From assembly GCF_009914755.1 (NCBI RefSeq), contig NC_060925.1: 64,000 nucleotides of DNA; one strand, 5' to 3'. The stretch comes from the human T2T-CHM13v2.0 reference genome, Homo sapiens. The translations under genes were made by a program, and so were the position numbers. Positions 13,105-25,340 of the stretch are shown piece after piece. The notes below the pieces were generated by a model. It worked only from the letters and a program-made list of their open reading frames with translations. It did no database searches and was not told the DNA's origin. Position 1 is the first letter of the stretch. Each line of letters starts with the position of its first letter.

Positions 13105-16100
13105 GAATTCTCAGTAACTTCCTTGTGTTGTGTGTATTCAACTGACAGAGTTGAACTTTCATTTAGAGAGAGCAGATTTGAAACACTGTTTTTGTGGAAT
13201 TTGCAAGTGGAGATTTCAAGCGCTTTGGGGCCAAAGGCAGAAAAGGAAATATCTTCGTATAAAAACTAGACAGAATCATTCTCAGAAACTGCTGCGTGAT
13301 GTGTGCGTTCAACTCTCAGAGTTTAACTTTTCTTTTCATTCAGCGGTTTGGAAACACTCTGTTTGTAAAGTCTGCACGTGGAAATTTTGACCACTTAGAG
13401 GCCTTCGTTGGAAACGGGTTTTTTTCATGTAAGGCTAGACAGAAGAATTCCCAGTAACTTCCTTGTGTTGTGTGCATTCAACTCACAGAGTTGAACGTTC
13501 CCTTAGACAGAGCAGATTTGAAAAACTCTATTTGTGCAATTTGCAAGTGTAGATTTCAAGCGCTTTAAGGTCAACGCCAGAAAAGGAAATATCTTCGTTT
13601 CAAAACTAGACAGAATCATTCCCACAAACTGCGTTGTGATGTGTTCGTTCAACTCACAGAGTTTAACCTTTCTGTTCATAGAGCAGTTAGGAAACACTCT
13701 GTTTGTAAAGTCTGTAAGTGGATATTCTGACATCTTGTGGCCTTCGTTGGAAACGGGATTTCTTCATATTCTGCTAGACAGAAGAATTCTCAGTAACTTC
13801 CTTGTGTTGTGTGTATTCAACTCACAGAGTTGAATGATCCTTTACACAGAGCAGACTTGAAACACTCTTTTTGTGGAATTTGCAAGTGGAGATTTCAGCC
13901 GCTTTGAGGTCAATGGTAGAAAAGTAAATATCTTCGTATAAAGACTAGACAGAATGATTCTTAGAAACTCCTTTGTGATGTGTGCGTTCAACTCACAGAG
14001 TTTAACCTTTCTGTTCATAGAGCAGTTAGGAAACACTCTGTTTGTAAAGTCTGCAAGTGGATATTCAGACCTCCTTTAGGCCTTCGTTGGAAACGGGATT
14101 TCTTCATATTCTGCTAGACAGAAGAATTCTCAGTAACTTCCTTGTGTTGTGTGTATTCAAATCACAGAGTTGAACAATCCTTTACACAGAGCAGACTTGA
14201 AACACTCTTTTTGTGGAATTTGCAAGTGGAGATTTCAGCCGCTTTGAGGTCAATGGTAGAATAGGAAATATCTTCCTATAGAAACTAGACAGAACGATTC
14301 TCAGAAACTCCTTTGTGATGTGTGCGTTCAACTCACAGAGTTTAACCTTTCTTTTCATAGAGCAGTTAGGAAACACTCTGTTTGTAAAGTCTGCAAGTGG
14401 ATATTCAGACCTCCTTGAGGCCTTCGTTGGAAACGGGATTTCTTCATATTCTGCTAGACAGAAGAATTCTCAGTAACTTCCTTGTGTTGTGTGTATTCAA
14501 CTCACAGAGTTGAACGATCCTTTACACAGAGCAGACTTGAAACACTCTTTTTGTGGAATTTGCAAGTGGAGATTTCAGCCGCTTTGAGGTCAATAGTAGA
14601 AAAGGAAATATCTTCGTAGAAAAACTAGACAGAATGATTCTCAGAAACTCCTTTGTGATGTGTGTGTTCAACTCACAGAGTTTAACCTTTCTTTTCATAG
14701 AGCAGTTAGTAAACACTCTGTTTATAAAGTCTGCAAGTGGATATTCAGACCCCTTTGAGGCCTTCGTTGGAAACGGGATTTCTTCATATTATGCTAGACA
14801 GAAGAATTCTCAGTAACTTCCTTGTGTTGTGTGTATTCAACTGACAGAGTTGAACTTTCATTTAGAGAGAGCAGATTTGAAACACTGTTTTTGTGGAATT
14901 TGCAAGTGGAGATTTCAAGCGCTTTGGGGCCAAAGGCAGAAAAGGAAATATCTTCGTATAAAAACTAGACAGAATCATTCTCAGAAACTGCTGCGTGATG
15001 TGTGCGTTCAACTCTCAGAGTTTAACTTTTCTTTTCATTCAGCGGTTTGGAAACACTCTGTTTGTAAAGTCTGCACGTGGAAATTTTGACCACTTAGAGG
15101 CCTTCGTTGGAAACGGGTTTTTTTCATGTAAGGCTAGACAGAAGAATTCCCAGTAACTTCCTTGTGTTGTGTGCATTCAACTCACAGAGTTGAACGTTCC
15201 CTTAGACAGAGCAGATTTGAAACACTCTATTTGTGCAATTTGCAAGTGTAGATTTCAAGCGCTTTAAGGTCAACGGCAGAAAAGGAAATATCTTCGTTTC
15301 AAAACTAGACAGAATCATTCCCACAAACTGCGTTGTGATGTGTTCGTTCAACTCACAGAGTTTAACCTTTCTGTTCATAGAGCAGTTAGGAAACACTCTG
15401 TTTGTAAAGTCTGTAAGTGGATATTCTGACATCTTGTGGCCTTCGTTGGAAACGGGATTTCTTCATATTCTGCTAGACAGAAGAATTCTCAGTAACTTCC
15501 TTGTGTTGTGTGTATTCAACTCACAGAGTTGAACGATCCTTTACACAGAGCAGACTTGAAACACTCTTTTTGTGGAATTTGCAAGTGGAGATTTCAGCCG
15601 CTTTGAGGTCAATGGTAGAAAAGGAAACTATCTTCATATAAAGATTAGACAGAATGATTCTCAGAAAATCTTTTGTGATGTGTGCGTTCAACTCACAGAG
15701 TTTAACTTTTCTTCTCATAGAGCAGTTAGGAAACACTCTGTTTGTAAAGTCTGCAAGTGGATATTCAGACCTCTTTGAGGTCTTCGTTGGAAACGGGATT
15801 TCTTCATATTATGCTAGACAGAATAATTCTCAGTAACTTCCTTGTGTTGTGTGTATTCAACTCACAGAGTTGAAGGATCCTTTACAGAGAGCAGGCTTGA
15901 AACACTCTTTTTGTCGAATTTGCAAGTGGAGATTTCAGCCGCTTTGTGGTCAATGGTAGAATAGGAAATATCTTCTTATAGAAACTAGACAGAATGATTC
16001 TCATAAACTCCTTTGTGATGTGTGCGTTCAACTCACAGAGTTTAACCTTTCTTTTCATAGAGCAGTTAGGAAACACTCTGTTTGTAAAGTCTGCAAGTGG

Positions 16101-19100
16101 ATATTCAGACCTCCTTGAGGCCTTCGTTGGAAACGGGATTTCTTCATATTCTGCTAGACAGAAGAATTCTCAGTAACTTCCTTGTGTTGTGTTTATTCAA
16201 CTCACAGAGTTGAATGATCCTTTACACAGAGCAGACTTGAAACACTCTTTTTGTGGAATTTGCAAGTGGAGATTTCAGCCGCTTTGAGGTCAATGGTAGA
16301 AAAGTAAATATCTTCCTATAAAGACTAGACAGAATGATTCTCAGAAACTCCTTTGTGATGTGTGCGTTCAACTCACAGAGTTTAACCTTTCTGTTCATAG
16401 AGCCGTTAGGAAACACTCTGTTTGTAAAGTCTGCAAGTGGATATTCAGACCTCTTTGAGGCCTTCGTTGGAAACGGGATTTCTTCATATTATGCTAGACA
16501 GAAGAATTCTCAGTAACTTCCTTGTGTTGTGTGTATTCAACTCACAGAGTTGAACGATCCTTTACACAGAGCAGACTTGAAACATTCTTTTTGTGGAATT
16601 TGCAAGTGGAGATTTCAGCCGCTTTGAGGTCAATGGTAGAATAGGAAATATCTTCCAATAGAAACTAGACAGAACGATTCTCAGAAACTCCTTTGTGATG
16701 TGTGCGTTCAACTCACAGAGTTTAACCTTTCTTTTCATAGAGCAGTTAGGAAACACTCTGTTTGTAAAGTCTGCAAGTGGATATTCAGACCTCCTTGAGG
16801 CCTTCGTTGGAAACGGGATTTCTTCATATTCTGCTAGACAGAAGAATTCTCAGTAACTTCCTTGTGTTGTGTTTATTCAACTCACAGAGTTGAATGATCC
16901 TTTACACAGAGCAGACTTGAAACACTCTTTTTGTGGAATTTGCAAGTGGAGATTTCAGCCGCTTTGAGGTCAATGGTAGAAAAGTAAATATCTTCGTATA
17001 AAGACTAGACAGAATGATTCTCAGAAACTCCTTTGTGATGTGTGCGTGCAACTCACAGAGTTTAACCTTTCTGTTCATAGAGCTGTTAGGAAACACTCTG
17101 TTTGTAAAGTCTGCAAGTGGATATTCAGACCTCCTTTAGGCCTTCGTTGGAAACGGGATTTCTTCATATTCTGCTAGACAGAAGAATTCTCAGTAACTTC
17201 CTTGTGTTGTGTGTATTCAACTGACAGAGTTGAACTTTCATTTAGAGAGAGCAGATTTGAAACACTGTTTTTGTGGAATTTGCAAGTGGAGATTTCAAGC
17301 GCTTTGGGGCCAAAGGCAGAAAAGGAAATATCTTCGTATAAAAACTAGACAGAATCATTCTCAGAAACTGCTGCGTGATGTGTGCGTTCAACTCTCAGAG
17401 TTTAACTTTTCTTTTCATTCAGCGATTTGGAAACACTCTGTTTGTAAAGTCTGCACGTGGAAATTTTGACCACTTAGAGGCCTTCGTTGGAAACGGGTTT
17501 TTTTCATGTAAGGCTAGACAGAAGAATTCCCAGTAACTTCCTTGTGTTGTGTGCATTCAACTCACAGAGTTGAACGTTCCCTTAGACAGAGCAGATTTGA
17601 AAAACTCTATTTGTGCAATTTGCAAGTGTAGATTTCAAGCGCTTTAAGGTCAACGGCAGAAAAGGAAATATCTTCGTTTCAAAACTAGACAGAATCATTC
17701 CCACAAACTGCGTTGTGATGTGTTCGTTCAACTCACAGAGTTTAACCTTTCTGTTCATAGAGCAGTTAGGAAACACTCTGTTTGTAAAGTCTGTAAGTGG
17801 ATATTCTGACATCTTGTGGCCTTCGTTGGAAACGGGATTTCTTCATATTCTGCTAGACAGAAGAATTCTCAGTAACTTCCTTGTGTTGTGTGTATTCAAC
17901 TCACAGAGTTGAATGATCCTTTACACAGAGCAGACTTGAAACACTCTTTTTGTGGAATTTGCAAGTGGAGATTTCAGCCGCTTTGAGGTCAGTGGTAGAA
18001 AAGTAAATATCTTCGTATAAAGACTAGACAGAATGATTCTTAGAAACTCCTTTGTGATGTGTGCGTTCAACTCACAGAGTTTAACCTTTCTGTTCATAGA
18101 GCAGTTAGGAAACACTCTGTTTGTAAAGTCTGCAAGTGGATATTCAGACCTCCTTTAGGCCTTCGTTGGAAACGGGATTTCTTCATATTCTGCTAGACAG
18201 AAGAATTCTCAGTAACTTCCTTGTGTTGTGTGTATTCAACTCACAGAGTTGAACAATCCTTTACACAGAGCAGACTTGAAACACTCTTTTTGTGGAATTT
18301 GCAAGTGGAGATTTCAGCCGCTTTGAGGTCAATGGTAGAAAAGGAAATATCTTCGTAGAAAAACTAGACAGAATGATTCTCATAAACTCCTTTGTGATGT
18401 GTGCGTTCAACTCACAGAGTTTAACTTTTCTTTTCATAGAGCAGTTAGGAAACACTCTGTTTGTAAAGTCTGCAAGTGGATATTCAGACCTCTTTGAGGC
18501 CTTCGTTGGAAACGGGATTTCTTCATATTCTGCTAGACAGAAGAATTCTCAGTAACTTCCTTGTGTTGTGTGTATTCAACTCACAGAGTTGAACGATCCT
18601 TTACACAGAGCAGACTTGAAACATTCTTTTTGTGGTATTTGCAAGTGGAGATTTCAGCCGCTTTGAGGTCAATGGTAGAATAGGAAATATCTTCCTATAG
18701 AAACTAGACAGAACGATTCTCAGAAACTCCTTTGTGATGTGTGCGTTCAACTCACAGAGTTTAACCTTTCTTTTCATAGAGCAGTTAGGAAACACTCTGT
18801 TTGTAAAGTCTGCAAGTGGATATTCAGACCTCTTTGAGGCCTTCGTTGGAAACGGGATTTCTTCATATTCTGCTAGACAGAAGAATTCTCAGTAACTTCC
18901 TTGTGTTGTGTGTATTCAACTCACAGAGTTGAACGATCCTTTACACAGAGCAGACTTGAAACACTCTTTTTGTGGAATTTGGAAGTGGAGATTTCAGCCG
19001 CTTTGAGGTCAGTAGTAGAAAAGGAAATATCTTCGTAGAAAAACTAGACAGAATGATTCTCAGAAACTCCTTTGTGATGTGTGTGTTCAACTCACAGAGT

Positions 19101-19222
19101 TTAACCATTCTTTTCATAGAGCAGTTAGTAAACACTCTGTTTATAAAGTCTGCAAGTGGATATTCAGACCCCTTTGAGGCCTTCGTTGGAAACGGGATTT
19201 CTTCATATTCTGCTAGACAGAA
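13105..19222 (+). repeat. 36-mer block copy 1: 10-mer (A B c d/e f) + 14-mer (A B g h i e j) + 12-mer (A B c d e f)
   Basis: Anchor spacings 1699, 2380 and 2039 (sum 6118). Confidence 0.88.
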
Positions 19223-22200
19223 GAATTCTCAGTAACTTCCTTGTGTTGTGTGTATTCAACTGACAGAGTTGAACTTTCATTTAGAGAGAGCAGATTTGAA
19301 ACACTGTTTTTGTGGAATTTGCAAGTGGAGATTTCAAGCGCTTTGGGGCCAAAGGCAGAAAAGGAAATATCTTCGTATAAAAACTAGACAGAATCATTCT
19401 CAGAAACTGCTGCGTGATGTGTGCGTTCAACTCTCAGAGTTTAACTTTTCTTTTCATTCAGCGGTTTGGAAACACTCTGTTTGTAAAGTCTGCACGTGGA
19501 AATTTTGACCACTTAGAGGCCTTCGTTGGAAACGGGTTTTTTTCATGTAAGGCTAGACAGAAGAATTCCCAGTAACTTCCTTGTGTTGTGTGCATTCAAC
19601 TCACAGAGTTGAACGTTCCCTTAGACAGAGCAGATTTGAAACACTCTATTTGTGCAATTTGCAAGTGTAGATTTCAAGCGCTTTAAGGTCAACGGCAGAA
19701 AAGGAAATATCTTCGTTTCAAAACTAGACAGAATCATTCCCACAAACTGCGTTGTGATGTGTTCGTTCAACTCACAGAGTTTAACCTTTCTGTTCATAGA
19801 GCAGTTAGGAAACACTCTGTTTGTAAAGTCTGTAAGTGGATATTCTGACATCTTGTGGCCTTCGTTGGAAACGGGATTTCTTCATATTCTGCTAGACAGA
19901 AGAATTCTCAGTAACTTCCTTGTGTTGTGTGTATTCAACTCACAGAGTTGAATGATCCTTTACACAGAGCAGACTTGAAACACTCTTTTTGTGGAATTTG
20001 CAAGTGGAGATTTCAGCCGCTTTGAGGTCAATGGTAGAAAAGTAAATATCTTCGTATAAAGACTAGACAGAATGATTCTTAGAAACTCCTTTGTGATGTG
20101 TGCGTTCAACTCACAGAGTTTAACCTTTCTGTTCATAGAGCAGTTAGGAAACACTCTGTTTGTAAAGTCTGCAAGTGGATATTCAGACCTCCTTTAGGCC
20201 TTCGTTGGAAACGGGATTTCTTCATATTCTGCTAGACAGAAGAATTCTCAGTAACTTCCTTGTGTTGTGTGTATTCAAATCACAGAGTTGAACAATCCTT
20301 TACACAGAGCAGACTTGAAACACTCTTTTTGTGGAATTTGCAAGTGGAGATTTCAGCCGCTTTGAGGTCAATGGTAGAATAGGAAATATCTTCCTATAGA
20401 AACTAGACAGAACGATTCTCAGAAACTCCTTTGTGATGTGTGCGTTCAACTCACAGAGTTTAACCTTTCTTTTCATAGAGCAGTTAGGAAACACTCTGTT
20501 TGTAAAGTCTGCAAGTGGATATTCAGACCTCCTTGAGGCCTTCGTTGGAAACGGGATTTCTTCATATTCTGCTAGACAGAAGAATTCTCAGTAACTTCCT
20601 TGTGTTGTGTGTATTCAACTCACAGAGTTGAACGATCCTTTACACAGAGCAGACTTGAAACACTCTTTTTGTGGAATTTGCAAGTGGAGATTTCAGCCGC
20701 TTTGAGGTCAATAGTAGAAAAGGAAATATCTTCGTAGAAAAACTAGACAGAATGATTCTCAGAAACTCCTTTGTGATGTGTGTGTTCAACTCACAGAGTT
20801 TAACCTTTCTTTTCATAGAGCAGTTAGTAAACACTCTGTTTATAAAGTCTGCAAGTGGATATTCAGACCCCTTTGAGGCCTTCGTTGGAAACGGGATTTC
20901 TTCATATTATGCTAGACAGAAGAATTCTCAGTAACTTCCTTGTGTTGTGTGTATTCAACTGACAGAGTTGAACTTTCATTTAGAGAGAGCAGATTTGAAA
21001 CACTGTTTTTGTGGAATTTGCAAGTGGAGATTTCAAGCGCTTTGGGGCCAAAGGCAGAAAAGGAAATATCTTCGTATAAAAACTAGACAGAATCATTCTC
21101 AGAAACTGCTGCGTGATGTGTGCGTTCAACTCTCAGAGTTTAACTTTTCTTTTCATTCAGCGGTTTGGAAACACTCTGTTTGTAAAGTCTGCACGTGGAA
21201 ATTTTGACCACTTAGAGGCCTTCGTTGGAAACGGGTTTTTTTCATGTAAGGCTAGACAGAAGAATTCCCAGTAACTTCCTTGTGTTGTGTGCATTCAACT
21301 CACAGAGTTGAACGTTCCCTTAGACAGAGCAGATTTGAAACACTCTATTTGTGCAATTTGCAAGTGTAGATTTCAAGCGCTTTAAGGTCAACGGCAGAAA
21401 AGGAAATATCTTCGTTTCAAAACTAGACAGAATCATTCCCACAAACTGCGTTGTGATGTGTTCGTTCAACTCACAGAGTTTAACCTTTCTGTTCATAGAG
21501 CAGTTAGGAAACACTCTGTTTGTAAAGTCTGTAAGTGGATATTCTGACATCTTGTGGCCTTCGTTGGAAACGGGATTTCTTCATATTCTGCTAGACAGAA
21601 GAATTCTCAGTAACTTCCTTGTGTTGTGTGTATTCAACTCACAGAGTTGAACGATCCTTTACACAGAGCAGACTTGAAACACTCTTTTTGTGGAATTTGC
21701 AAGTGGAGATTTCAGCCGCTTTGAGGTCAATGGTAGAAAAGGAAACTATCTTCATATAAAGATTAGACAGAATGATTCTCAGAAAATCTTTTGTGATGTG
21801 TGCGTTCAACTCACAGAGTTTAACTTTTCTTCTCATAGAGCAGTTAGGAAACACTCTGTTTGTAAAGTCTGCAAGTGGATATTCAGACCTCTTTGAGGTC
21901 TTCGTTGGAAACGGGATTTCTTCATATTATGCTAGACAGAATAATTCTCAGTAACTTCCTTGTGTTGTGTGTATTCAACTCACAGAGTTGAAGGATCCTT
22001 TACAGAGAGCAGGCTTGAAACACTCTTTTTGTCGAATTTGCAAGTGGAGATTTCAGCCGCTTTGTGGTCAATGGTAGAATAGGAAATATCTTCTTATAGA
22101 AACTAGACAGAATGATTCTCATAAACTCCTTTGTGATGTGTGCGTTCAACTCACAGAGTTTAACCTTTCTTTTCATAGAGCAGTTAGGAAACACTCTGTT

Positions 22201-25200
22201 TGTAAAGTCTGCAAGTGGATATTCAGACCTCCTTGAGGCCTTCGTTGGAAACGGGATTTCTTCATATTCTGCTAGACAGAAGAATTCTCAGTAACTTCCT
22301 TGTGTTGTGTTTATTCAACTCACAGAGTTGAATGATCCTTTACACAGAGCAGACTTGAAACACTCTTTTTGTGGAATTTGCAAGTGGAGATTTCAGCCGC
22401 TTTGAGGTCAATGGTAGAAAAGTAAATATCTTCCTATAAAGACTAGACAGAATGATTCTCAGAAACTCCTTTGTGATGTGTGCGTTCAACTCACAGAGTT
22501 TAACCTTTCTGTTCATAGAGCCGTTAGGAAACACTCTGTTTGTAAAGTCTGCAAGTGGATATTCAGACCTCTTTGAGGCCTTCGTTGGAAACGGGATTTC
22601 TTCATATTATGCTAGACAGAAGAATTCTCAGTAACTTCCTTGTGTTGTGTGTATTCAACTCACAGAGTTGAACGATCCTTTACACAGAGCAGACTTGAAA
22701 CATTCTTTTTGTGGAATTTGCAAGTGGAGATTTCAGCCGCTTTGAGGTCAATGGTAGAATAGGAAATATCTTCCAATAGAAACTAGACAGAACGATTCTC
22801 AGAAACTCCTTTGTGATGTGTGCGTTCAACTCACAGAGTTTAACCTTTCTTTTCATAGAGCAGTTAGGAAACACTCTGTTTGTAAAGTCTGCAAGTGGAT
22901 ATTCAGACCTCCTTGAGGCCTTCGTTGGAAACGGGATTTCTTCATATTCTGCTAGACAGAAGAATTCTCAGTAACTTCCTTGTGTTGTGTTTATTCAACT
23001 CACAGAGTTGAATGATCCTTTACACAGAGCAGACTTGAAACACTCTTTTTGTGGAATTTGCAAGTGGAGATTTCAGCCGCTTTGAGGTCAATGGTAGAAA
23101 AGTAAATATCTTCGTATAAAGACTAGACAGAATGATTCTCAGAAACTCCTTTGTGATGTGTGCGTGCAACTCACAGAGTTTAACCTTTCTGTTCATAGAG
23201 CTGTTAGGAAACACTCTGTTTGTAAAGTCTGCAAGTGGATATTCAGACCTCCTTTAGGCCTTCGTTGGAAACGGGATTTCTTCATATTCTGCTAGACAGA
23301 AGAATTCTCAGTAACTTCCTTGTGTTGTGTGTATTCAACTGACAGAGTTGAACTTTCATTTAGAGAGAGCAGATTTGAAACACTGTTTTTGTGGAATTTG
23401 CAAGTGGAGATTTCAAGCGCTTTGGGGCCAAAGGCAGAAAAGGAAATATCTTCGTATAAAAACTAGACAGAATCATTCTCAGAAACTGCTGCGTGATGTG
23501 TGCGTTCAACTCTCAGAGTTTAACTTTTCTTTTCATTCAGCGATTTGGAAACACTCTGTTTGTAAAGTCTGCACGTGGAAATTTTGACCACTTAGAGGCC
23601 TTCGTTGGAAACGGGTTTTTTTCATGTAAGGCTAGACAGAAGAATTCCCAGTAACTTCCTTGTGTTGTGTGCATTCAACTCACAGAGTTGAACGTTCCCT
23701 TAGACAGAGCAGATTTGAAAAACTCTATTTGTGCAATTTGCAAGTGTAGATTTCAAGCGCTTTAAGGTCAACGGCAGAAAAGGAAATATCTTCGTTTCAA
23801 AACTAGACAGAATCATTCCCACAAACTGCGTTGTGATGTGTTCGTTCAACTCACAGAGTTTAACCTTTCTGTTCATAGAGCAGTTAGGAAACACTCTGTT
23901 TGTAAAGTCTGTAAGTGGATATTCTGACATCTTGTGGCCTTCGTTGGAAACGGGATTTCTTCATATTCTGCTAGACAGAAGAATTCTCAGTAACTTCCTT
24001 GTGTTGTGTGTATTCAACTCACAGAGTTGAATGATCCTTTACACAGAGCAGACTTGAAACACTCTTTTTGTGGAATTTGCAAGTGGAGATTTCAGCCGCT
24101 TTGAGGTCAGTGGTAGAAAAGTAAATATCTTCGTATAAAGACTAGACAGAATGATTCTTAGAAACTCCTTTGTGATGTGTGCGTTCAACTCACAGAGTTT
24201 AACCTTTCTGTTCATAGAGCAGTTAGGAAACACTCTGTTTGTAAAGTCTGCAAGTGGATATTCAGACCTCCTTTAGGCCTTCGTTGGAAACGGGATTTCT
24301 TCATATTCTGCTAGACAGAAGAATTCTCAGTAACTTCCTTGTGTTGTGTGTATTCAACTCACAGAGTTGAACAATCCTTTACACAGAGCAGACTTGAAAC
24401 ACTCTTTTTGTGGAATTTGCAAGTGGAGATTTCAGCCGCTTTGAGGTCAATGGTAGAAAAGGAAATATCTTCGTAGAAAAACTAGACAGAATGATTCTCA
24501 TAAACTCCTTTGTGATGTGTGCGTTCAACTCACAGAGTTTAACTTTTCTTTTCATAGAGCAGTTAGGAAACACTCTGTTTGTAAAGTCTGCAAGTGGATA
24601 TTCAGACCTCTTTGAGGCCTTCGTTGGAAACGGGATTTCTTCATATTCTGCTAGACAGAAGAATTCTCAGTAACTTCCTTGTGTTGTGTGTATTCAACTC
24701 ACAGAGTTGAACGATCCTTTACACAGAGCAGACTTGAAACATTCTTTTTGTGGTATTTGCAAGTGGAGATTTCAGCCGCTTTGAGGTCAATGGTAGAATA
24801 GGAAATATCTTCCTATAGAAACTAGACAGAACGATTCTCAGAAACTCCTTTGTGATGTGTGCGTTCAACTCACAGAGTTTAACCTTTCTTTTCATAGAGC
24901 AGTTAGGAAACACTCTGTTTGTAAAGTCTGCAAGTGGATATTCAGACCTCTTTGAGGCCTTCGTTGGAAACGGGATTTCTTCATATTCTGCTAGACAGAA
25001 GAATTCTCAGTAACTTCCTTGTGTTGTGTGTATTCAACTCACAGAGTTGAACGATCCTTTACACAGAGCAGACTTGAAACACTCTTTTTGTGGAATTTGG
25101 AAGTGGAGATTTCAGCCGCTTTGAGGTCAGTAGTAGAAAAGGAAATATCTTCGTAGAAAAACTAGACAGAATGATTCTCAGAAACTCCTTTGTGATGTGT

Positions 25201-25340
25201 GTGTTCAACTCACAGAGTTTAACCATTCTTTTCATAGAGCAGTTAGTAAACACTCTGTTTATAAAGTCTGCAAGTGGATATTCAGACCCCTTTGAGGCCT
25301 TCGTTGGAAACGGGATTTCTTCATATTCTGCTAGACAGAA
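19223..25340 (+). repeat. 36-mer block copy 2 (10+14+12-mer)
   Basis: Anchor spacings 1699, 2380 and 2039, with the same private SNVs shifted by 6118. Confidence 0.88.
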
